DNA from: Schmidtea polychroa
Taxonomy: Eukaryota
Assembly: GCA_044892525.1 (NCBI GenBank)
Contig: CM097885.1
Span: 2,420,001-2,484,000 of the forward strand
Length of the DNA stretch: 64,000 bases
Direction: 5' to 3'
Made by a program: the position numbers and the translations under genes. The notes below the pieces were generated by a model. The model ran no database searches. It was not told the DNA's origin and worked only from the letters and a program-made list of their open reading frames with translations. This document shows positions 53,890 to 64,000 of the stretch, piece after piece. The stretch's first letter is position 1; every line of letters begins with the position of its first letter.

Positions 53890-55659
53890 AACAATGTGAA
53901 CGACGGATTACTATCTAAGCTCAAAAAATGCTTGCGTGTTAGATTGATCTCATCTAATGTAAAGATCGATAAGTTCATTGGGCATGAAAGTGTTGGATCC
54001 AAACAAAGGTTGTGATGGAGACACGCCGCTTGAACGATTGGGTGTGTTGTGCCATCCTAGTAAAACAAATGGTAACACTTTGACCCATGAATTTGAAGTT
54101 GAGAGTATTCTGAGAAATGCTTTCAAAGTCCGATGAGCGCATACGACGAGACCGTTTGTTTGCGGGTGGTAAGAGCTGGTTCTTAAGTGTTCAGAAAGAT
54201 TCGATTCGCATTGTGCACCTTGGTCAGTGATCATAGAGGTTGGAATTCCATAATGTGAAAACCAGGTGGATACAAAAACTTGTGTAACCGTGTGAGCGGT
54301 GATGTCTCGGACTGGAATGGCCTCAAACCATCGTGTTTTCCGATCAATCATTGTCAGGATGTAACAAAATCCGTCGTCTGCTGGTAGTTTACAGACTAGG
54401 TCAATGTGAAGTGTGTCGAATCTCGAACCCGTTGGGAAAGAAGTGATTGGTGGTTTAGTGTGTCGGTTCACTTTGTGTTGTTGGAAGCCTTCACATTCAG
54501 ACACCCACATTTTTACATCTCTGAATAATGAGAACCATGTGACTATTTGGCGTAGGATATGGTATGTGGAAGTTGTGAATGACAGGAAATGCTTCTTTCC
54601 GAAGCGAAGAGTGTAGGATTGGTCTGAGAGTGCTTTTATACATTGTGTCATATTGTATACCGTCTATTGTTTGTAGTGAGTTTTTGAAATGGACGAGATC
54701 TTCTGATGTCGGTGAGGTTGAACGGAGAACATCTTGAGTAATTACTGGGGTTGATGAGATAGTTGCTGAAATGTTTCTGGAAAGATAGTCAGCGATTACA
54801 TTATCTTTACCGGAGACATGGGCGAACTTAATATTGAAAAGATTATTGAAAGATTATAGGTATGTTATCTGACGATGTACCCTGTTTGATGGGTCATTCA
54901 TGGTGAGGCAGTGGATAAGAGGTTTGTGATCACTGAAGACTGTGAATTGTCTACCTTCTAAACTGTGACCAAACTGCTTAACAGCTAGAAAAATAGCAAG
55001 TAATTCTCTGTCGAATGCACTGTACTTTGACTCTGCCGATGAAAATTTTCTAGAGAAAAATTCTATTGGGAGTGAAACATTGTCTTTAATTTGATGAAGG
55101 ACTGCGCCGGTGGCGATATTTGATGTATCTGTGGTGAGGGTGAATGGGAGGTCATGACTCAGATAGTGAAGAGTTGTAATCTTGGATAGAGCGTCTTTGA
55201 CTGTGTTGAATGCGTCACTGTTGTGTCGCATCAGTTAATGGTTGAGTTTTTCTTTCCTTTGTTCAGTGCTGAAAGAGATGCCGTTATGTGTGATGCGTTT
55301 TTTATGAAACTGTGACAGAAATTGACGATGCCCAAAAAGCTACGTAGTTGTGTTACGGTGGTGGGTAATGGAAAGCGGCGGATTACGTCAAGTTGTTCAG
55401 GAAAAGGTTCGCAACCCGTAGATGAGAATATGTGACCAAGGAATCTGGCGCGTTTTAGAAAGAAATTGCATTTATTTACATTGATCTGTAAGTTATAACG
55501 GTTCAATATGTCAAGAACAGTGTGTAGATCTTTGTTGTGGGTGTCGCGGCCGGGTGATGCTACAGTTATATCGTCGAGGTATGCAAAAGTGTGGTGGATG
55601 TCCCGAAAAATTGTGTCCATGAAGCGTTGTAAAGACTGAGCTGCATTCAAGATTTCCAA
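53890..55659 (-). mobile_element. Ty3/Gypsy LTR retrotransposon pol relic (RT, RNase H, integrase), frameshifted
   Basis: NAAQSLQRFMD..AYLDDI..FLGH..LRSFLG (RT); LTTDTS..YSAFDRELLAI..SDHKPL (RNase H); LHIDL..MIDRKTRW..ITDQG..YHPQTNGLV (integrase). The domain order is Gypsy-type. Confidence 0.95.
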
Positions 55660-55959
55660 ATGATATGGTTACAGCGGTTTTGGGAACGTCATCGATTTGT
55701 ACAGGAAACTGATGGTAGGCTTTCGAGAGGTCAATAGGGGACTCCGTTATTTAAGGGGAAAAACTCGTTTTCGTCTATTAAAAAATGTTTCAATAGGTCT
55801 TTCATAAAATTTTGGATTACACGGACTTGGAACAAAATGTTGTTGTGACGGACAGTAATGTTGCACGTTTTCTTATTAATTAAAGTTGGGTTTTTGGGTT
55901 TGGGAGATTGGTGGAAAAAGAAAAATATAGCAACATAATAATTGAACATTTTTAATATA

Positions 55960-56177
55960 TTATATATACTCGCGTATAAGTCGAGTAAATTTTAAGAGGT
56001 TTTAAGTCCTAAATTGGAAACCCGCGTATAAGTCGAAGTAACAAAAATAAAAAAATGTTTAATGATTTCATTAAAAGTTCATTTGTACGTTTGTTGACCC
56101 GATTATAAGTCGAAGTGCCTATTTTGACTTGAAAATTTGACGTAAATTTCTCGACTTATGCGCATATATCTAAGGTA
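55960..56177. mobile_element. Tc1/mariner (pogo/Tigger-like) MITE, decayed
   Basis: TATATACTCGCGTATAAGTCGAG at the left and CTCGACTTATGCGCATATATCTAAGGTA at the right; internal TATAAGTCGA repeats. Confidence 0.65.
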
Positions 56178-56179
56178 AA

Positions 56180-56542
56180 TTAAATAAATGAAAATGTCTT
56201 AAGGACAATTATACATGTAATTTTTACTGTTTTTAAAGAAAGAAGAACATTTACCTTTGTCACTTCTGACACCAATTGTAGAGACATACAATTAATTTGA
56301 ATAAAGAATTTATTGTAATTAACATTGTTGAAGATCTTCACCATCAACAGAGATATCATTGTTAATAAGACGAAGGTTTCTGTTTCCTGAATTTCTGGCA
56401 TATTTGATCCATTGATTTTGACTCGATTTATTGATTCTTCAACTTTTTCAGTAACTGCTTCAGTTTCTTCAACTTCTGCAACTTCTGTAACTTCTTCAAC
56501 TTGTTCGACTTCAGTGACAACTTCAGTGAATTTGTCAGACAT
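56180..56542 (-). CDS. Acidic (E/V/T-rich) hypothetical ORF, probably a mobile-element gene remnant
   Basis: MSDKFTEVVTEVEQVEEVTEVAEVEETE.. No recognisable domain; the 3' part is probably out of frame. Confidence 0.3.
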   Translation of the reverse strand: MSDKFTEVVTEVEQVEEVTEVAEVEETEAVTEKVEESINRVKINGSNMPEIQETETFVLLTMISLLMVKIFNNVNYNKFFIQINCMSLQLVSEVTKVNVLLSLKTVKITCIIVLKTFSFI

Positions 56543-57049
56543 GTTTGAATTTGATGATGATTTTTGAAAAAAGTGAGAAGTAAAGGATTATTTAAACAAC
56601 CGTTTTTAATTTTTTATTTTAATTTAATTAATTTAATAATATATTTCTAGTTCAATTATTGATAAAAGTACTAGCTAGAGGCACTACACTTGGTACCTAG
56701 TTGTTAGTACATGGTAGCAGGTTGTTAGTTGGTTGTTGGTACTCGGTATTTGTTAGTACTCGGTTGTAAGTATCTGGTTGACCTTTTAGATTTTGTCAAG
56801 AAGAAAGAAATATTCTACTAGCTTATTTAAGAAGAGATTATTAAAAGCAAATATTGGATGTTGAATAAATTTTATTAAGTCTTTAATTATTATTTTTATG
56901 TGTTGTTAGTTGATTGTTAGTACTTGGTACATGATATTAAGTACCTAGTCATTGGTATTTATTTGTTAGTAGCACGTTATTTTATATCAGGTTGTAGGTA
57001 TTTATTTGTTAGTACTTGATATCTAGTTGTTTTTTTTTCATAAAATTTC

Positions 57050-57400
57050 TTAGTGGCTGATAGTTTTTCCAAATATTTCACAATAAATTTTAAATTATTA
57101 CTTTAATTTAAAAATTTAGACCATTGATTAACTTAATTTAGAAATTTAACACTTAATTTACCTATTTAACCAATAATTTCATATAGTTATTGATTAAGCA
57201 AATATCTGACCATTAATTCTATGTACAAAAAATATTACCATGGATTTTTTAGCGATAGTCGGATTTTGTATTAAAAATCCCAGGACCAAGGAGATCAACC
57301 CTAATTATACTTAGAAATATCATGGTTTTTTAGTGTATACTGATATTTGTATTGAAAATCCCAGGACCCATCGAGGCCCCCTCACTATAGTCAGAAAAAT
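57050..57400 (-). repeat. Inverted homologue of the 62010-63280 repeat block
   Basis: TATTGAAAATCCCAGGACC and CCCCTCACTATAGTC are reverse complements of the units at 62050-62700. TTTAGACCATTGATT matches the 62720-63280 units. Confidence 0.75.
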
Positions 57401-57698
57401 TACATAACATAGTTTGGTTATCAAAAATAGTTTACGGCAGAAATTTTTAAATAATAAATTAGGGGGCGGGGGTCACCGGATGGTTGTGCTGCGGTAAGCT
57501 ACTAACTACATACTCACTCGCATTACGATAGCAGTCATATTATGATAATACTCGCACCAAATGCGTTGTGTGTCTTATTAAATGCGATAATGGAAATTAA
57601 TATGAAAAATAAAATACCACAACGTAATACATGCCATCCTAATTCTGATTGGCTGGTTGTGTTAGTATAAATATTAAAACACATAAACAAATATCATA

Positions 57699-58076
57699 AT
57701 GTCAGATTGTAACGAAGAAGCAAAATTAAAATGTGTATACGACAATCCTAAATATGAAATATTTCGCCTGGAGAAAGTCATCAGATATCAGATTGTCAGT
57801 GCCGTCCAATTGAAAAAGACTTCATCTCACTATATGGTGGCGACCCTTACGCAAGAAGCTACTGATCAAATCAACAAAGTTTTCAGTCAAATCAATCCAC
57901 TCTTGATTTGCAAGGGAGAATTGAATTTAAATAGTCAAACTGCAACATTTGATGACCCTTTCAAGCACAATGAGAGCTGGCACCTCAAAATCGCAATTAT
58001 GGGATTCAAGAAGGAGCATAAATCTGAAGATATTACTCCAATTTTAAAAATTAATTATGCTCGACTTGCTCGATGA
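57699..58076 (+). CDS. Intact intronless 125-aa hypothetical protein
   Basis: Inverted CCAAT (GATTGG ~57647), AGTATAAA at 57664, ATG at 57699 and AATAAA ~10 nt after the stop. Globular-looking composition; no family recognised. Confidence 0.65.
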   Translation: MSDCNEEAKLKCVYDNPKYEIFRLEKVIRYQIVSAVQLKKTSSHYMVATLTQEATDQINKVFSQINPLLICKGELNLNSQTATFDDPFKHNESWHLKIAIMGFKKEHKSEDITPILKINYARLAR

Positions 58077-59338
58077 GATTTGTGAAATAAACATTTTAAT
58101 GATATATTAGGTTCCATTTAATGTATTTTATATGTCATTTTGTTTATTGTTATCATTGCTATATCTTTTATTCGTGTAACTGATTTGATTGGTTAGCATA
58201 TAATGCGTAATCGCCATAGAAATTGTTATTCCATTTTCATTGGATATTTAGTGCGCATAAATTATAATATCGCCTAATAACATTAGTTACGTCATTTTGT
58301 TCAGCATTTTGTTATTATTACGTCATCATTACTGATATGTTTCTATATTCATTTTATCAAGTCATTTTAATGCATGCGGAATAATTTTCATCAAGATTTA
58401 TTATGTAACATCTTATTTATTTATTATTTATTATTTACATCAGGTTGCCTTGTGTGTCTGTGGGGACATTTATTTTCTACAATTCTATTCATGGAAATAG
58501 TGACAAAATGGGAGGGGGGGCTATATATCAGTTGTTGTAGTTCTTACGACTTATCCTTCAGTCAGACATTTCCTAAAGAATCATTTCCTACGTCTCAGTC
58601 ATTATGGCAGCACTTAGTGCAGGAATATGAAACCTTTTAACATGCAAAACCATTTATAATTATTTCAACCAAATTCGTAACATAGTCGATCAGTTTATAT
58701 TTTTGTTGACTTGTTCTTCCATCAAAACGTTTTTCGTCAATCATGCCCGCCTCCCGATAATAATATCTTTATAGATAGATCTGACAATTTTATTCATAAA
58801 CTTATATTATGAACACTATTTATTGCCTATAAGCATTATCTGGTGACCCTTGCAATGTCTCTCACAGTAATGAGCCGATCCAGATCCTGTCAAAGCTTCA
58901 GAAGCATTTGTTTTGAGTCGATTTCCGCAACTTGGAGGCTATTTCTCGTTTCAAATATTACTTGGTCTTCTTTAAGATAAAGGAAAGCTTCACCCATTTG
59001 TGAGTTTTGGTGACCTCAAATTATTGGTTTCCCGACCTATTAGTTGCAATACAAGGATAACTTATTTCGTTAGTATTTGTTTCTGGCGGTCTTGATCAAA
59101 ACACAAAAGTAGATTTTGAGTTTTTATGGTTATTTAAAAGATATTTGAAAGATTCTTGCTTTTCTGCTATAGTTGTTACAAGAAACTTTATATCAATGCT
59201 GCTACCTTAATCCTTTGATAATCTTTTAACGTTTCAAAATCCATTAGGTTTCCTTCTTGAATATGCTTCATAAATAGCCGCTTCTGCTTCCGAAAGAGAG
59301 AAGTATTTCTAAGAGGTCATTTACCATATGACCTAGCT

Positions 59339-60403
59339 CATGGCCCCACACATGGGGAGGCTGACAAGGCTCTAACCCTAGGGCCCGGGATTAATGGGGC
59401 TCGTCGTGGCAGATCGGTTAGCTAAATGAGATGAACATAAGACAGAAAGAAACTTATTAAATATTGACTTTTGTTTTTTACATATCAACTAAAATTAATT
59501 ACTGCATTTTGCTATAGCCTATAAGCATATTATATTATTCCGCTAATCCTCTCATCATAGTGTTGGTGATTTATCACCATTAATATATGCCGTATTGCCA
59601 ATGGAAAACACTTGTCTGTATTGATACATTTAAAAAAAATTCAATCATATTTTGATTTAAAGCTCAAATTTGCAAATGCAATTAAAAACGCTGCATGCGA
59701 CAGCAAGCGAGTTCCGGGCTGGAGGTGTCTTTGAACTTCGTCAGAACATGCATCAACATGATGATGCAGGTAAAGAAGTTATACTTCTCTTTTATTTGTA
59801 CAAACATGTTTTTTTAATTATAGAGAAGCCTATTCCAATGCTACCAGCTAGTGATTTTTAATGTTTTTCGGAATTGAAAGAAGTCCAATTAAATTTCTGA
59901 ATGCAATTTATGACAAAACACTGCAAGGTATATTTGCTAATATCTGCCTCGCCATTAAGTTGTTTTGTACCGTACCAGTTACGGTTTCTTCAGCTGAAAG
60001 ATCATTCAGCAGGCTGGCAAAATCATTAAAAACATGGCAAGGAAGCACAACTAGTCAAGATCGACTTAATCATCTAGCAATTTTAAGTATCGAAAATGAT
60101 GTAGCAAAGAAAATTGATTTTAATGATGTCATCGAAAAATTTGCATTGACAAAAGCTAGAAAATATAGTCTACTTTGAGATAATTTTTGATATTATTGTA
60201 AGATTTTACCATAGTCTATGTTTTTCGAAAATGTAAAGCTAAAAACTGTAGTTTATTTTTAATAAATTTTTAATGTTACTTTCTTGCCATCATTTAATCC
60301 GCTTTATTTTATCCTAATTCCTGTCGAGCCTCAAGCGGTATATAGTTTGGGGGCCCGCCGAAAATCCTGGCCTGGGGGTCCACTTTAGGATGTAGGGGCT
60401 ATG
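59339..60403 (+). mobile_element. Internally deleted hAT transposon retaining the transposase C-terminus
   Basis: Perfect 8-bp TSD ACCTAGCT; TIRs CATGGCCCCACACAT / ATGTAGGGGCTATG. ORF 59861-60178 is FCTVPVTVSSAERSFSRL..QDRLNHLAILSIE. Confidence 0.93.
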
Positions 60404-60799
60404 ACCTAGCTCTTATATTTATAAATTTTATTGAGTTTTTAAAGAATTTTGCTACAAATTTTATAATTTCTTCTATCATATTGCTTATATCCTCGTTTTC
60501 TTTTATCATATAAATCAGTAGATGGAAGTGTCACTGCTGGATCAACTCCCTAAAGATATCTAAGTGAACTCAGAATTGTATGCAGGTCACAAAAATGTAT
60601 GTTGTATATACAAAAAGTGCGCGCTTTCCATGGAAATCAACAACAAAGACTCTAAATTAAAATTTCTTTTATATTATAGAATTATAATCGTATTCTTTAA
60701 CACATGGTGAGACAGTGAATAACATCATCATCAAATGTCATAATATAACAACTTTCATATATTATCAAACATAGATAAACTTATATTATAGAATTAAAC

Positions 60800-60897
60800 T
60801 TATATTTATTAAAAAGCTTGAAGACAATGAATCATTCAATATATCAATGTTTTTGATATTCACGAATTTTCGGCACTGCCGATTTTTCAAGTGAATT
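60800..60897 (-). mobile_element. PLE family C 3' terminus with hammerhead motif
   Basis: Minus strand ATTCAC-TTGAAAAA-TC-GGCAGTGCC-GAAA-ATTC-GTGAAT, followed by the family C tail. Confidence 0.8.
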
Positions 60898-61519
60898 AAA
60901 CTTATATTATATTATCGAGACAGTGAACAACAGCATATCAAATAAATATCTAGTAGGATCAATGGTGAGCTATGCATGTCCAGCCGGGGCTCGGCAGAGC
61001 CCCTTGTTGTTCTTTCAACTGTGATTTTGCCCTTCACTTCAAATTAAAATTTCTATTGTTTAGGTAGTAAACATTTTAAAACAATTTTACCGCATTTGTA
61101 TATCAAAAAAAATTTCTGGACGCTTTTATATTTTACTTAAAAAACAAATTCGGAAAATAGCATTTTTTTTCTGGACGAAAAACACCAAAATTTATTTTTG
61201 CGAGCCCTTTGTTGTTTTTTTCAAAGCTCACCACTGAGTAGGATGCCAATGAAAAATAAAAGTTGTTTTTTTCAAAGTCATTCCCTCTAATTTTATACCT
61301 TTTAGAGTTGGAAACAAGTGTGGAAAATATTAGAACTGACATCCTTCATTTAGAGGTTGTGAAAGTCTGTTACTACTTTTACCTCAGACGTATGGCTACA
61401 ATCAGTCCAAATGGAGATTATTTATTGTTTAAATGTAAAATCAATGTTATTAAATAAATAATGTAGATGCAAAGTAAATGAAGAGGATGTCCCAGGGTTA
61501 TGGAGTGGATTCGTAAATA

Positions 61520-61900
61520 CATACTTTTCATTGTTGGACGGTGATGCTCGACAACTTGCAAAAGAAATTGTTTTTATCCTTCATCTTTACCTAGGATGTC
61601 GTTGAAAGATTTAATCAAAAAGACTGCGTCATTTACCATTTGTGAAGATCGAGCTCTTGACTTGACTAACTGAAATGCTACATTCGTTTCCGAAGTACTT
61701 GGATCGGTTTCCAAATATGATGACTGAAAACCAAGTCTTTCAAAAAGAGAAAAAATTTTATCATTGATAGAGCTTTGACTCGGCCTTCGTGCTATAGTTT
61801 TTTCTTTAAGATGAAGACGGGCACAATTTTTCTTTAGAATATTTGGCGTTTGAAGGGCTTGCACTATTTCACATTTTGTTGCAGGAAAAATTCTGCAAGA
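61520..61900 (-). mobile_element. DNA transposase C-terminal relic (VVNDxAERGV-type, hAT-related; superfamily uncertain)
   Basis: YLETDPSTSETNVAFQLVKSRARSSQMVNDAV..LIKSFNDILGKDE resembles DP..W....F.......L.VVND.AER...LI..FN. Confidence 0.5.
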
Positions 61901-62009
61901 TCACGATCCAAGAAAGAGTGATAGGTAGTTAGTAGCCCCCTGTAGTAAGCACCCCCTGCGGAAACTTACATTTTTTGCTTTTTTGATTACATAATTGTGG
62001 CAGTGGGCT

Positions 62010-63280
62010 CCAATGTTTTTATTCTGGGATTTTCAATACAAATAAATTTTTTTTCAGACCATAGTGAGGGGGTTTCGATGGAACCTGAGAATTTCAATAG
62101 AAAAAGAGGCCTTTACTAAAAAAAGCGTAGAATTTCTCAGACTATAGTGAGGGGTCTCTTTGGTCCTGGGATTTTCAATACAAAAGGGTAGTTTTCAATA
62201 GAAAGCCAAGAATAAGGAGAGTATTATTTGGGTGGGTCAACTTGGTCCTGGGATTTTCAATACAAAATCCGTCTATCACTGAAAAAGCCATGGTAATTTA
62301 ATTTCTCAGGATATTGTCAATAGAAAAAAGTCGGTCTACACTAAAAAAACAGTGGTAATTTAAGGTCTCAGGATATTTTCAATACAAAAAAGAGGTTTAC
62401 TCTAAAAAAGCATGGATTTTTCTAATTAAATTAAGCGGGTATTCTTGATCCTGGGATATTAAATACAAAAAGGTGGTTTTCAATAAAAAAGCAATGATTT
62501 TTCCAAGTAATTTTGCGATGGGTCACCTTGGTCCTGAGATTTTCAATACAAATTTCAATTATTGATAAAAAAGCCATAGTAATTTAAGGTCTCTAGTCAT
62601 TTTCAATAGTAAAGCATTGATATTTCTAATTAAAATAAGGTGGGTCACCTTGGTCCTGGGATTTTCAATAGAAAAATGTGGTCTACACGAAAAAAGCGTG
62701 GTAAATTAAGGTTAAATAAGTAATTGATGGTCTAAAATTTTAAAATAAAGTAAATTATGGTGTAAAAATTTGATTAAAGTAATCAATGGTTCAAATAAGT
62801 AAATTAAGGTTCAGATTTTTGAATTAAAGTAAATTATGGGTCTAAAAATTCAATTACATTAAATTATGGGCTCAGATCTTTGAACTATAGTAAATGATGG
62901 GTCTAAAATTTAAAATTAAAGTAAATTATGGTTCAAATTTTTGACTTAAAGTAATTATGGTCTAAAATTTAAAATTAAAGTAACGAATGGGCTGATAAAT
63001 TTTATTTTTTAAGATAAATTTTAATGAAAATTTTTATGAAATAATTTTTTAAGTAATTTTTAATAGAAATTTGATTAAAATATTTTTCAATGTTAATTTT
63101 AGATGCAAATATTTTTGAATATGAAAATAAATATGAAAATAATGGTTACATTTGGTTGTTAAATAAATTATGGTGTAAAATGTTAAATTAAGTAATACAA
63201 GGATAAATATGTAAATTAAGGTTCAAATTTTTTTATTAAGTAATCAATGGTCTAAAATTTTAAATTATAGTAATAATTTT
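62010..63280. repeat. Complex diverged tandem repeats: GGTCCTGGGATTTTCAATAC units, then AAAGTAAATTATGG units
   Basis: About 10 copies of the first motif (62020-62700) and about 15 of the second (62700-63280). Confidence 0.85.
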
Positions 63281-63429
63281 TAAATAAGGAAGTTAGAGTA
63301 ATGTAATAAGTAAATCAAAGTAAGATTTTTAAATTTATTAACAAAAGTTTGAATAACCACAAACCTTTTGAGAAATGTTATTTTTTAAAAAAAATTTTAA
63401 TAACTTTTAAAGATAATTTTTATATAATA

Positions 63430-64000
63430 CTCGACCTTTGACCTCTTACATAACAATTATACTTTATTAGAGTAGTGAGGAGTATAAACCAAGCCAAATA
63501 TCCCAGGATATATTATTATTATTTAAAAATGTCATTTAAAAAGTTATAGTTCAACGTGAAAAAGTTACAAAGCAGAAAGAAGAAAACAAAAAAAATACTA
63601 AACAGAAGGAAAAAACTACAAATAAGACTAAAAAATCAATAAAAAAGAAGAGTTGGATTAAATTATAAACAAATTAATTAATTAATAAAATAGGCCATTG
63701 ACAATGAAATTACAACGTAGTTTACCATATTTTAACGCCTTACTAAAGACTCCAAATAATAAAAGAACGAGTATATTACAAGCTTTTCCATCATTTGTTA
63801 TTGATGATTTACTTGAAGTTATTGTTAACATAGTTCGTGGTAATGTAAATAATACCTTAAAGCTTTGTATTACAAAGACATAAGAAAAAAAACAACAAGG
63901 CGGTTTTTAGGTACATTAATTCCAATTGTATTATCGGCTATAAGCACAATTTCGTCATTAAATTCTTAAAATATAATATCATAGAAATAAGAATAGAAGC
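63430..64000 (+). mobile_element. Second Polinton/Maverick fragment: terminal-repeat motif followed by decayed small virion-type genes
   Basis: 63434-63503 is nearly identical to 25912-25983. A frameshifted Lys-rich ORF at 63529-63668 ends in SWIKL*. ORF 63704-63969 has LLEVIVNIVRGNV..QQGGF/LGTLIPIVLSAI (core-protein-like GGFL motif), interrupted by a stop and frameshifts. Confidence 0.75.

Overview
AT-rich eukaryotic genomic DNA. Long (AAT)n arrays, ~45-nt introns and a divergent foxJ1 paralogue suggest a planarian-like flatworm (inference). Host genes are a 3-exon foxJ1-like forkhead gene (47165-49059, -), an F-BAR/HR1/SH3 gene of the CIP4/FNBP1/TOCA family (29515-39490, -) and an unidentified multi-exon gene on the minus strand (~7100-25100). 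Pseudogenes are CstF-77, two actin fragments and a 28S rRNA fragment. The rest is mostly mobile DNA: three Penelope-like element (PLE) families with minimal hammerhead ribozymes, hAT and Harbinger MITEs with visible TSDs, a Gypsy pol relic, a non-LTR RT relic and several minisatellites. The most notable element is a 2.8-kb Polinton/Maverick deletion derivative (25671-28458) with long inverted repeats and an ...ACTACT end. Besides packaging ATPase and protein-primed PolB remnants, it carries a TATA-binding-protein-like gene and a spliced Cys-rich ORF. Its terminal repeats hold six copies of a TATAAA-containing motif, which recurs directly upstream of a second Polinton gene cluster at 63430-64000. 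All calls come from reading motifs by eye; no database searches were run.
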